NCBI GenBank assembly: GCA_023432235.1
Contig: JAEYUX010000008.1
Location: 1-59,877 of the forward strand
Length of the DNA stretch: 59,877 nucleotides
Direction of reading: 5' to 3'
From: Actinomycetes bacterium
Lineage (GTDB): Bacteria; Actinomycetota; Actinomycetes; Actinomycetales; Demequinaceae
The position numbers and the translations under genes were made by a program. Shown in pieces: positions 28,278-36,972 of the stretch (within the stretch, counting starts at the first letter, position 1; each line of letters begins with the position of its first letter). A model generated the notes under the pieces. That model made no database searches. It was not told where the DNA came from and saw nothing but the letters and a program-made list of their open reading frames with translations.

Positions 28278-29059
28278 TGGCTGAGGAGAAGAAGGAAGCC
28301 GCCGCAAAGGCGCCTGCCAAGAAGCCCGCTGCCAAGGCGTCGGCCGCGAAGTCGTCCACGGCGAAGCCGGCTGCAGCGAAGGCTGCGGCCAAGCCTGCCG
28401 CTGAGAAGAAGGCTGCAGAGAAGAAGGCTCCTGCTAAGGCTGCTGCCAAGCCGGCCGCTGACAAGGCTCCTGCCAAGGCTGCTGCCGAGAAGAAGGCACC
28501 CGCCAAGGCCGCCGCTGAGAAGGCTCCTGCCAAGGCTGAGACCGCGGCTGCCGCGAAGGCTCCCGCCAAGTCGACGGCTACCAAGGCGAAGTCGACGTCG
28601 GACGAGCCGAAGGTGACGACGCTCAAGATGCACCACCTGCGTCCCGCCCCCGGTGCCCACACCCCCAAGACCCGCGTGGGTCGTGGTGAGGGCTCGAAGG
28701 GTAAGACTGCAGGCCGTGGCACCAAGGGCACGCACGCTCGCAACACCGTCTCGTCCGCCTTTGAGGGCGGCCAGACGCCGTTGCACATGCGTCTGCCCAA
28801 GCTGCGCGGCTTCAAGAGCCCCTTCAAGGTGCGCTACCAGGTGGTCAACCTCGACCAGCTGGCAGAGCTGTTCCCCAAGGGCGGGAAGGTCACCAAGGCC
28901 GATCTCGTCGACAAGGGCGCAGTCCGTGCCAACCAGCCCGTCAAGGTGCTCGGTGACGGCGATATTGCCGTGAAGGTGACCCTGGTGGACGCCGACGCTG
29001 TTTCGCGTTCCGCGAAGACCAAGATTGAGGCCGCTGGCGGCACTGTCAGCGAGGGCTAG
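28277..29059 (+). CDS. rplO: 50S ribosomal protein L15 with ~112-aa Ala/Lys/Pro-rich N-terminal extension
   Basis: Core [34 protein letters not shown]; start overlaps the rpmD stop (TAATG) with a GGAGG SD. Confidence 0.96.
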   Translation: MAEEKKEAAAKAPAKKPAAKASAAKSSTAKPAAAKAAAKPAAEKKAAEKKAPAKAAAKPAADKAPAKAAAEKKAPAKAAAEKAPAKAETAAAAKAPAKSTATKAKSTSDEPKVTTLKMHHLRPAPGAHTPKTRVGRGEGSKGKTAGRGTKGTHARNTVSSAFEGGQTPLHMRLPKLRGFKSPFKVRYQVVNLDQLAELFPKGGKVTKADLVDKGAVRANQPVKVLGDGDIAVKVTLVDADAVSRSAKTKIEAAGGTVSEG

Positions 29060-29116
29060 GCTCGTCGCGGGCCCGTATTGACGCGGGCCCGCGACACCGC
29101 CTTCATCGGAGGATTC

Positions 29117-30415
29117 ATGCTTTCAGGCTTTCTGAGCGCGTTCCGCACGCCGGACCTGCGCAAGAAGCTGTTGTTCACGCTGGGCATGATCGGCATTTAC
29201 CGTCTGGGTGTGTCGATCCCGACGCCGGGCGTCGACTACGGCGAGATTCAGGCGTGTCTGAACAGCACGTCTGACACGGGCGGACCCCTCCAGATTCTCA
29301 ACCTCTTCTCAGGTGGAGCGCTCCTCCAGCTGTCGATCTTCGCGCTCGGCATCATGCCGTACATCACCGCGTCGATCATGGTGCAACTGCTGCGCGTGCT
29401 CATCCCGCGCTTCGAGACTCTTCACAAGGAGGGTGCCGAAGGTCAGGCCAAACTGACTCAGTACACCCGCTACCTGGCCGTCGGATTTGCCGCCTTGCAG
29501 TCCGCCTCGTACATCACGATGGCGCGCAACGGCTTGTTCTTCCCCAACTGCCCGCCGGTGATTCCCAACGACTCGTGGAACGTCATCGCCATCATGGTGC
29601 TGACGATGACCGCAGGCACCGTCTTCATCATGTGGCTCGGCGAGCGCATCACCGAACGCGGTGTCGGCAATGGCATGTCGTTGCTGATCTTCACCTCGGT
29701 GGCAGCGTCGTTCCCCGGTGCCGTGTCGCAGATCTGGAACTCGTCGGATCGCGTGCGCAACCTCTTTGTTGTGCTCCTCGTGTTGTTGGCCGTCATTGCT
29801 GCAGTCGTGTACGTCGAGCAGTCTCAGCGCCGCATCCCGGTGCAGTATGCCAAGCGCATGGTGGGGCGTCGAATGCTGGGCGGCTCGTCCACCTACATTC
29901 CGCTCAAGATCAACATGGCGGGTGTTATCCCCGTGATCTTCGCCGCGTCGCTGCTCCAGCTGCCGTACGTGATCGTGCAGTTCCAGGGGCAGAACCCCGA
30001 CGGGTGGGTGCTGTGGGTGCAGACGCACATCACGGACCCGGCGGCACCGCTCCATATCGCGATCTACGTGCTACTCATCGTGTTCTTCGCGTACTTCTAC
30101 ACGGCCATCACGTTTAATCCGACTGAAGTGGCCGACAACATGAAGAAGTACGGCGGCTTTGTTCCCGGCATCCGCCCGGGCAAGCCGACCGCTGACTACC
30201 TTGACTACGTGTTGTCGCGCATCACGGCCGCCGGATCGACGTACTTGGCGATTGTCGCGCTCATTCCGTCAATCACCTTGGCGATGCTCGGCCTCAACGC
30301 GCAGATTCCATTGGGAGCGACGACGATCCTCATCCTGGTGGGCGTCGGTCTCGACACCGTCAAGCGGATCCAGTCGCAACTTGAACAGCGTCGATACGAA
30401 GGGTTCCTCCGGTAA
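29117..30415 (+). CDS. secY: Preprotein translocase subunit SecY
   Basis: SIFALGIMPYITASI, GVGNGMSL, AGVIPVIFA, PGIRPG. Confidence 0.98.
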   Translation: MLSGFLSAFRTPDLRKKLLFTLGMIGIYRLGVSIPTPGVDYGEIQACLNSTSDTGGPLQILNLFSGGALLQLSIFALGIMPYITASIMVQLLRVLIPRFETLHKEGAEGQAKLTQYTRYLAVGFAALQSASYITMARNGLFFPNCPPVIPNDSWNVIAIMVLTMTAGTVFIMWLGERITERGVGNGMSLLIFTSVAASFPGAVSQIWNSSDRVRNLFVVLLVLLAVIAAVVYVEQSQRRIPVQYAKRMVGRRMLGGSSTYIPLKINMAGVIPVIFAASLLQLPYVIVQFQGQNPDGWVLWVQTHITDPAAPLHIAIYVLLIVFFAYFYTAITFNPTEVADNMKKYGGFVPGIRPGKPTADYLDYVLSRITAAGSTYLAIVALIPSITLAMLGLNAQIPLGATTILILVGVGLDTVKRIQSQLEQRRYEGFLR

Positions 30416-30981
30416 TGCGTCTTGTCCTTGTTGGCCCGCCTGGAGCAGGGAAGGGCACTCAAGCAGTGCGCCTCGCCGAGCACTACGGAGTCCCTGCAAT
30501 CTCAACGGGAGACATCTTCCGAGCGAACGTGAAGAACGAGACGGAGCTTGGGCGCAAGGCACAGGAGTACATGAACGCGGGCGCTTTGGTTCCCGATGAG
30601 GTGACCAACGCAATGGTGAAGGACCGCCTCGCCCAGGACGACGTGGTTGGCGGGTTCTTGCTCGACGGCTATCCGCGCAACCCCGATCAGGCTGTCGAAC
30701 TCGACTCGATGCTCGCGGAACTCGGCCAGTCCTTGAACGCAGTTCTCGAGATCACGGCCGATCACGACGTCGTGACAGAGCGACTTCTCAACCGCGCGAA
30801 GATCGAAGGCCGTGCTGATGACACGGAAGATGTCATTCGCGCACGCCTCAATGTCTACGACGAGTCGACCGCGCCCCTCGCCACGTTCTATGCAGAACGA
30901 GGGTTGCTCACGAGTGTCGATGGCATCGGTGACGTTGACGAGGTCACTGCTCGCATCCTGGCCGCACTCGACGCGCGATAA
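30415..30981 (+). CDS. adk: Adenylate kinase (short LID)
   Basis: GPPGAGKGTQA, ISTGDIFR, LLDGYPR. Confidence 0.98.
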   Translation: MRLVLVGPPGAGKGTQAVRLAEHYGVPAISTGDIFRANVKNETELGRKAQEYMNAGALVPDEVTNAMVKDRLAQDDVVGGFLLDGYPRNPDQAVELDSMLAELGQSLNAVLEITADHDVVTERLLNRAKIEGRADDTEDVIRARLNVYDESTAPLATFYAERGLLTSVDGIGDVDEVTARILAALDAR

Positions 30982-30983
30982 CC

Positions 30984-31793
30984 ATGGCACGGGGCGTCGA
31001 GCTCAAGACGCGTGCTCAGATGCGCGTGATGGCTCGCGCTGGTCGTATCACGGCGGACGCACTCGCGGCGGCGTCGGCTGCGGTGGTGCCGGGCGCGACA
31101 ACTGCCGCGATTAACGACGCGGCGCACCGTGTCATCGACAGCGCTGGCGCCACATCCAATTTTCTTGGGTACCACGGCTTTCCTGCCGTGACCTGCGTGT
31201 CCGTCAACGACGAGGTGGTCCACGGCATCCCTGGCGATCGCGAGATCGCAGAAGGCGACGTGGTATCGATCGATTGTGGTGCGATCGTTGATGGGTGGCA
31301 TTCAGACTCCGCCATCACCGTCATCGCTGGCACCCCACGCGGGGGACAAGATGCGCATCTGGTCAGCAGCACGCGCGACGCGCTCTGGGCAGGCATTGCG
31401 GCCCTCGCGACGGCGCAGCGTCTCGATGCGATTGCGGCGGCGATTGAGGATGTAGCCGACGCTGCTGGTCTCCATCCGCTGCTTGGATTCGTTGGTCATG
31501 GCATCGGTACCGCGATGCACCAGGCACCTGACGTCCTCAATTACCGCACCAAGGGCAAGTCACCCCGGGTGAAGCCGGGTATGTGCCTCGCAATCGAGCC
31601 GATGTTTGTCATCGGCACGGGCGACTCGAATGTCCTCGACGACGGGTGGACCGTGGTGTCGGCAGACGGGTCACGTGCAGCTCACTGGGAGCACAGCGTT
31701 GCTGTTCATGAGGACGGGATCTGGGTGCTCACCGCGCCGGACGGAGGAGCGCGCGAACTCGCTTCTCACGGCGTCACCCCTGTCGCTCCATAG
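30984..31793 (+). CDS. map: Methionine aminopeptidase type I
   Basis: VVHGIP; metal-ligand motifs DCGA, HSDSA, GHGIG, IEPM, WEHS. Confidence 0.96.
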   Translation: MARGVELKTRAQMRVMARAGRITADALAAASAAVVPGATTAAINDAAHRVIDSAGATSNFLGYHGFPAVTCVSVNDEVVHGIPGDREIAEGDVVSIDCGAIVDGWHSDSAITVIAGTPRGGQDAHLVSSTRDALWAGIAALATAQRLDAIAAAIEDVADAAGLHPLLGFVGHGIGTAMHQAPDVLNYRTKGKSPRVKPGMCLAIEPMFVIGTGDSNVLDDGWTVVSADGSRAAHWEHSVAVHEDGIWVLTAPDGGARELASHGVTPVAP

Positions 31794-31943
31794 CCCGACA
31801 ACGGGTGCCCCCCATCTTGGGGGCAAAAGTATGGGGGTTACCAGGGGTTTTGCCGCATTTCGTGTGGACATTCTCACAATTGACGCCAAAAAGTAGCGCG
31901 TCGAGATGTCCGAAATGTATCAATGAGAGCGAGACCACACAGG

Positions 31944-31998
31944 AGGGCACCTGGTGACGGTCGGCAATGCCGGCGCGAAACCGCCGGTGCCCTTTTTT
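31944..31998 (+). promoter_or_regulatory. Structured leader or small RNA ending in an intrinsic-terminator-like stem plus T6
   Basis: AGGGCACC...GGTGCCCT closing stem around inner GGT/ACC and CGGC/GCCG helices, then TTTTTT, 7 nt before the SD of the next ORF. Confidence 0.5.
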
Positions 31999-32014
31999 GC
32001 GTTCAGGGAGCACC

Positions 32015-32869
32015 ATGTCCAAGCGACTTACGACGTCACGGTCGACTGCCGAGGCGGAGCGAGCGGAGGCCGAGCGCCCCGGCCTGCACCGGATGCATAT
32101 TGCGCTGCTCGCCCAGTCGCGTCACCGTAGCGTCCGCGAAGCAATCGCTCGTCGGGATGACGTCCCCCTTGGCGTTCAAGCCGCGCTTGCCAACGATGAC
32201 TGGTGGGAAGTACGTGCCGCCATGGCCGCCAACCCTCGTGCTGCCCGCTCGGTCATGGAAGCGTTGGCGGGCGACCGGCATCACGACGTATTGCTCGCGC
32301 TCATTGGCAACCCCAACCTCGAGGCGTCCCTCGCCATCCAGTTGGGACAGCACCGCCGCCAGGATGTGCGTGACGCAATGGCGCATCGGATCCGCACCGT
32401 GCCTCTGCTTGAGAGAACAGTCGAGCAGGGCGAGGACCATCTCATCCCCGAACTTCGCGAACGAGCAATGGCATGGGCAGTCGACCCAGAACCGTCAGGC
32501 GACTCTGAGCCCACGCCAATCGAACCGATAGAGATGCTCGATGCCGACCGTGCTGCGACTCTCGGTGCTGAGGCTCGTGCGGCAGCCCCTCACGCCCACG
32601 GACCTGCCGCCGCAGCGTCGGCACCCGAGGCTGTGGAAGTCACCGCGGTATTCGAGCCCGGCCCGAGCGATCCTCTCGACGAGTTCGATCGCCCTGTCGC
32701 TGCGGTGACGCACCCGGGACATGACTTCCTCGTTGTCACACTTCCCGACGATCTCGGGGTTTCTCACGCCGGAGCCGCGCACCGATCAGGTGTCGAAGTC
32801 CCTGCCATGTACGCCACACATACGGCAGGGCGCACAGCCTCGCTCCGTACTGTGACCCGGACCCACTAA
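32015..32869 (+). CDS. LRV/HEAT-like 26-aa repeat protein A (4 repeats plus long Ala/Pro/acidic tail), 284 aa
   Basis: GGGAG SD; VREAIARRDDVP / VRAAMAANPRA / VLLALIGNPNL / VRDAMAHRI spaced 26 aa apart. Confidence 0.8.
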   Translation: MSKRLTTSRSTAEAERAEAERPGLHRMHIALLAQSRHRSVREAIARRDDVPLGVQAALANDDWWEVRAAMAANPRAARSVMEALAGDRHHDVLLALIGNPNLEASLAIQLGQHRRQDVRDAMAHRIRTVPLLERTVEQGEDHLIPELRERAMAWAVDPEPSGDSEPTPIEPIEMLDADRAATLGAEARAAAPHAHGPAAAASAPEAVEVTAVFEPGPSDPLDEFDRPVAAVTHPGHDFLVVTLPDDLGVSHAGAAHRSGVEVPAMYATHTAGRTASLRTVTRTH

Positions 32870-32889
32870 CTCCTGAAGGACACCTCGAC

Positions 32890-33204
32890 ATGGCCCTTTC
32901 CTTGACCCGTACGAAGAGCGAGGACCTGGTCCGCGCGCGCGACCCTCAGACGTCGCGCGCTGAACTCGTCGCCCTCGCCGCACAAGGCAGAGCTGACGTG
33001 CGCGCTGCTGTCGCCGCTCGCCTTGATTGCCCGCTCGCGACGATGCTGTCACTCGCCCACGAAAGTGATGTGCGCGTACTCGAGGCGCTCGCGTCGAATC
33101 CCAACGCACCGCGCTCGGTGCTTGAACGTCTCGCGTCACACAAGCGAGGCAGCATCGGGGAGCTTGCCCAGCGTCGCCTCCGCACCGCACGGATGTACGC
33201 CTAG
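32890..33204 (+). CDS. LRV/HEAT-like repeat protein B (3 repeats), 104 aa
   Basis: GAAGGA SD; DP..EL..LA..VRAAVAARLDCP..LAHE..VLEALASNPNAP..LASH. Confidence 0.82.
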   Translation: MALSLTRTKSEDLVRARDPQTSRAELVALAAQGRADVRAAVAARLDCPLATMLSLAHESDVRVLEALASNPNAPRSVLERLASHKRGSIGELAQRRLRTARMYA

Positions 33205-33262
33205 CCCCCACAGCGTCCGAGCCGCCCACGCGCACCCCTCAGCCGCGTCGGCAGGCCGGGCG

Positions 33263-33303
33263 GACGGCGGCGATCCCAACAGGGATCGCCGCCGTCTACT
33301 TTT
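33263..33303 (+). terminator. Intrinsic terminator after repeat protein B
   Basis: GACGGCGGCGATCCC/GGGATCGCCGCCGTC perfect 15-bp stem followed by TACTTTT. Confidence 0.75.
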
Positions 33304-33426
33304 GCCCCACGCTGATCATGAGTTCACGCAGACGTTACGTGGGCGCACGGCGTCTGTAACGCGCGCGGCTTAGCGTTGACGTGGCGGCTATCCCCGCCGT
33401 CGCAGTGCTTGGCACAGGGGGCCGAC

Positions 33427-33987
33427 ATGGCACGAGGGTTTTCACGCGCACCCGGCGCAAGTCCGGCTGTCATTGCTGCGAGCGACCCTGCGCTCACCAA
33501 GAACGAGCTTCTTGAGCTTGGTGGCAGCCGTAACCATGCGGTGAGGGCTGCGGTGGCAGCACGGCCGGATTGTCCGCTCGGGCTTATGGTGACGCTTGCG
33601 CATGACGTCTCAGTCGATGTGCGCGTCGCGGTCGCAATGAACGACCACGCCCAACGTTCGGTCATGCAGTACCTCGCCTCTGACCGCGCCGTACCGGTGG
33701 TCGTCGCCCTCGTCTCGAACCCGGCGCTGCCGCGCGACATTCTTGAAGAGCTCGCCTTTCACCGTCAGCAACGTGTGCGGCTTGCTGCAGCCGAGCGTAT
33801 CGATGCTGACGACCGCTCAGCGAAGGACCAGCGCAACGTCGAGCCGAGCACGGCGCTTGCTCAAGCAGCAGCGGACTTCGTCAGTCAAGAGGTGGAGCGG
33901 ATGACTGCGGTTGACCCCGTAGTCCCGGTCCATCAGAGTCAGCCCGACATCCGACTTGCGCCCGTGAGAGGCTTCCGCGCTCCGTAG
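33427..33987 (+). CDS. LRV/HEAT-like repeat protein C (4 repeats plus tail), 186 aa
   Basis: AGGGGG SD; VRAAVAARPDCP / VRVAVAMNDHA / VVVALVSNPALP / VRLAAAERI. Confidence 0.8.
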   Translation: MARGFSRAPGASPAVIAASDPALTKNELLELGGSRNHAVRAAVAARPDCPLGLMVTLAHDVSVDVRVAVAMNDHAQRSVMQYLASDRAVPVVVALVSNPALPRDILEELAFHRQQRVRLAAAERIDADDRSAKDQRNVEPSTALAQAAADFVSQEVERMTAVDPVVPVHQSQPDIRLAPVRGFRAP

Positions 33988-34099
33988 CCAAGATGACCGT
34001 TATGTCTATTTCGTCACAAGCACTCGAAGAGTGAGGCCAGCGCGCTTATCGTGTGGACAGTACATAAGGTCGTACGCCTCGAGAGGACGAATCAACGCC

Positions 34100-34411
34100 A
34101 TGGTGGGATTGCCTTCCGCGCGAGACGCAGCACATGACCTCACCCGCGCGACGGACCCAGCCGTGACCGGGTCCGAGTTATTGCCCTATGCCGCGCATCG
34201 CTCGGCGCACGTGCGGGCCGCCGTCGCCGCCCGTACGGATGCGCCGGCGGGGGCGCTCATCTCATTGGGTCACGATCACGAGACAGACGTGTTGCTCGCT
34301 CTCCTCAAGAACCCCCGCACGCCGTCGACGGTGGTGCGAAAGCTCGCAGATCATCGGGATGTGCGCGTGTCCGACGCTGCCGTGCAGCGTTTGCGCAACG
34401 CCTTCCGCTAA
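34100..34411 (+). CDS. LRV/HEAT-like repeat protein D (3 repeats), 103 aa
   Basis: GAGAGGA SD; VRAAVAARTDAP / VLLALLKNPRTP / LADH..VSDAAVQRL. Confidence 0.8.
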   Translation: MVGLPSARDAAHDLTRATDPAVTGSELLPYAAHRSAHVRAAVAARTDAPAGALISLGHDHETDVLLALLKNPRTPSTVVRKLADHRDVRVSDAAVQRLRNAFR

Positions 34412-34448
34412 TTGTGCGTGAGTCGAACGACAGGGCGAGGCCCTGTGG

Positions 34449-34477
34449 TTGAGACGTGCCGCCGCATGGTCTAGACT
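34449..34477 (+). promoter_or_regulatory. Housekeeping sigma promoter for infA
   Basis: TTGAGA-N17-TAGACT. Confidence 0.55.
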
Positions 34478-34534
34478 TGTCTGTCGGGCGTTTTTGCGCG
34501 CCTACGAACCTATTAATCGACGTTAGCGGAGTAT

Positions 34535-34756
34535 ATGGCCAAGAAAGACGGCGTCATCGAGGTTGAGGGCACCGTGGTCGAGGCATTGCCAAACGCGTCG
34601 TTCCGTGTGGAACTGACAAATGGCCACCTCGTCCTCGCTCACATCTCGGGCAAGATGCGCCAGCACTACATTCGAATCCTCCCCGAGGATCGAGTGGTGG
34701 TGGAACTCAGCCCATACGACCTGTCCCGCGGCCGCATTGTCTACCGCTACAAGTAA
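34535..34756 (+). CDS. infA: Translation initiation factor IF-1
   Basis: [20 protein letters not shown]. Confidence 0.99.
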   Translation: MAKKDGVIEVEGTVVEALPNASFRVELTNGHLVLAHISGKMRQHYIRILPEDRVVVELSPYDLSRGRIVYRYK

Positions 34757-34807
34757 ACCGTCGCCGACGCCACAGTCAGCGGCGCCGACGGCGAAGGAAA
34801 GCCAACC

Positions 34808-34921
34808 ATGAAGGTGAAGCCGAGCGTCAAGCCCATTTGTGACAAGTGCAAGGTGATTCGCCGCAGTGGCCGTGTCATGGTCATCTGCGACAACCCGCGC
34901 CACAAGCAACGCCAGGGCTAG
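34808..34921 (+). CDS. rpmJ: 50S ribosomal protein L36 (zinc-binding)
   Basis: Read by hand: [37 protein letters not shown]. Confidence 0.98.
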   Translation: MKVKPSVKPICDKCKVIRRSGRVMVICDNPRHKQRQG

Positions 34922-35049
34922 GCGTTAACAACTGAAGACCTCGTTCGGAACCGGGATACCGGTACCCGCGGCTCGGAGGCCGCGGCCCGCATCACATCAC
35001 GTGGGAATCCGAGCGTCAGACCTCCGACTACTGATGGAGTAGAAACAAC

Positions 35050-35418
35050 ATGGCACGACTCGTAGGAGTCGACCTCCCGCGCGACAAGCGCATGGAAGTC
35101 GCTTTGACGTACATCTATGGCATTGGCCGCACCCGCGCGCAGCAGATTCTTGCCGCGACCGGTGTGAGCCCCGATCTCCGCGTGAAGGACGCGACGGACG
35201 AGCAGCTCGTTTCGTTGCGTGACTTCATCGAAGGCAACTTCACCATTGAAGGTGACCTGCGCCGTGAGGTAGCCGCCGACATCCGCCGCAAGGTCGAGAT
35301 TGGCAACTACCAGGGTCTGCGCCACCGCAAGGGCATGCCTGTCCGCGGTCAGCGCACCAAGACCAACGCTCGTACCCGCAAGGGCCCCAAGAAGACCGTC
35401 GCCGGAAAGAAGAAGTAA
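35050..35418 (+). CDS. rpsM: 30S ribosomal protein S13
   Basis: [24 protein letters not shown]. Confidence 0.99.
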   Translation: MARLVGVDLPRDKRMEVALTYIYGIGRTRAQQILAATGVSPDLRVKDATDEQLVSLRDFIEGNFTIEGDLRREVAADIRRKVEIGNYQGLRHRKGMPVRGQRTKTNARTRKGPKKTVAGKKK

Positions 35419-35421
35419 GCC

Positions 35422-35811
35422 ATGGCCGCTCCCACGCGCAAGCCGCGCAAGAAGATCAAGAAGACCGTTGCTCACGGTCAGGCACACATCCAGTCGACCT
35501 TCAACAACACGATCGTGTCGATCACGGACCCCTCGGGTGCCGTGGTGTCGTGGTCGTCGTCCGGTCAGGTGGGCTTCAAGGGCTCCCGCAAGTCGACGCC
35601 TTACGCCGCGCAGATGGCGGCCGAGGCTGCCGCTCGCAAGGCGCAGGACGCCGGCATGAGCAAGGTCGACGTCTTTGTGAAGGGCCCGGGTTCGGGTCGC
35701 GACACCGCGATTCGCTCGCTGACGGCCGCCGGCCTCGAGGTGACGTCCATCAAGGATGTCACTCCGCAGGCACACAACGGTTGCCGCCCGCCCAAGCGTC
35801 GTCGCGGCTAG
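35422..35811 (+). CDS. rpsK: 30S ribosomal protein S11
   Basis: [24 protein letters not shown]. Confidence 0.99.
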   Translation: MAAPTRKPRKKIKKTVAHGQAHIQSTFNNTIVSITDPSGAVVSWSSSGQVGFKGSRKSTPYAAQMAAEAAARKAQDAGMSKVDVFVKGPGSGRDTAIRSLTAAGLEVTSIKDVTPQAHNGCRPPKRRRG

Positions 35812-35964
35812 TGGTGACGGCCGTCGGACAGATTGACACCCGACGGCCCTCCGCTTAGCCCTCGCGCGTTCTCGCGCCCATTCCATCCAGTCGTTGACAC
35901 CCTCCGGAACGGACAACCGGAGGGCACGAGCATCAAATAGTGGGTGCTCGGAAAGGAAGAGAAA

Positions 35965-36954
35965 GTGCTTATCGCACAGCGACCCACCCTGACCGAAAAG
36001 GTCATCTCGGACAACCGCTCGCAGTTCTCGCTCAAGCCGCTCGAGCCTGGCTTCGGCTACACGCTCGGCAACTCGTTGCGCCGCACCCTGTTGTCGTCGA
36101 TTCCCGGCGCCGCTGTCACCAGCGTCCGCTTCGAAGGCGTGTTGCACGAGTTCACCACCATTGAGGGGGTGAAGGAGGACGTCACGGAGATCCTCCTCAA
36201 CCTCAAGTCGCTGGTGGTTTCCTCGGAAAACGACGAGCCGGTCATCATGTACTTGCGTAAGTCCGGTGCGGGTGCCGTCACGGCAGCCGACATCGCGCCG
36301 CCCGCTGGTGTCGAGATCCACAACCCCGACTTGCACATCGCGACGCTCAACTCGAAGGCAAAGTTCGAGGTTGAGCTGACGGTCGAGCGTGGACGTGGCT
36401 ACGTGCCCGCCGCCCTCAACAAGTCGTACGACGCCGAGATCGGCCAGATCCCCGTCGACTCGATCTACTCGCCCGTGCTCAAGGTCACCTACAAGGTCGA
36501 AGCGACCCGTGTGGCCCAGCGCACCGACTTTGACGAGTTGATCCTCGACGTCGAAACCAAGTCCTCCATCTCGCCTCGCGACGCCGTCGCGTCGGCTGGC
36601 TCGACCCTCGTCGAGCTGTTCTCGCTCGCCCGCAGCCTCAACGAGGCCGCCGAGGGCATCGAGATCGGCCCGTCCGACACGGACGAGTCGCTCGAGGAGG
36701 ACTTCAACATGCCCATCGAGGACCTCAACCTGACGCAGCGTTCGTACAACTGCCTCAAGCGTGAGGGCATCCACACCGTGGGCGAGCTGACGGCTCGCTC
36801 CGAGACGGACCTCATGGACATCCGTAACTTCGGCCAGAAGTCGATCACCGAGGTAAAGGAGAAGCTCGCCGAGCTGGGCTTCACCTTGAAGGACGGCGGT
36901 CACGATTACGACCCGTCTGTCTCCGGTGTGTACTTCTCCGGCGGCGACGAGTAA
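35965..36954 (+). CDS. rpoA: DNA-directed RNA polymerase subunit alpha
   Basis: [37 protein letters not shown] start after GAAAGGA. Confidence 0.99.
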   Translation: MLIAQRPTLTEKVISDNRSQFSLKPLEPGFGYTLGNSLRRTLLSSIPGAAVTSVRFEGVLHEFTTIEGVKEDVTEILLNLKSLVVSSENDEPVIMYLRKSGAGAVTAADIAPPAGVEIHNPDLHIATLNSKAKFEVELTVERGRGYVPAALNKSYDAEIGQIPVDSIYSPVLKVTYKVEATRVAQRTDFDELILDVETKSSISPRDAVASAGSTLVELFSLARSLNEAAEGIEIGPSDTDESLEEDFNMPIEDLNLTQRSYNCLKREGIHTVGELTARSETDLMDIRNFGQKSITEVKEKLAELGFTLKDGGHDYDPSVSGVYFSGGDE

Positions 36955-36972
36955 CAAGGAGAACAACTCAAC

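Noticed and set aside
28300..28600. Short DNA repeats resembling an array
   Set aside because: In-frame codon repeats for the AK-rich uL15 tail; no constant repeat-spacer structure, so not CRISPR
33400..33430. Sigma-28/WhiG-like promoter (GCCGACAT) before repeat gene C
   Set aside because: The putative -10 overlaps the start codon and the -35 match is poor; better explained as SD plus spacer
35812..35964. rpsD missing between rpsK and rpoA
   Set aside because: rpsD lies outside the alpha operon in many actinobacteria; no pseudogene remnant is visible
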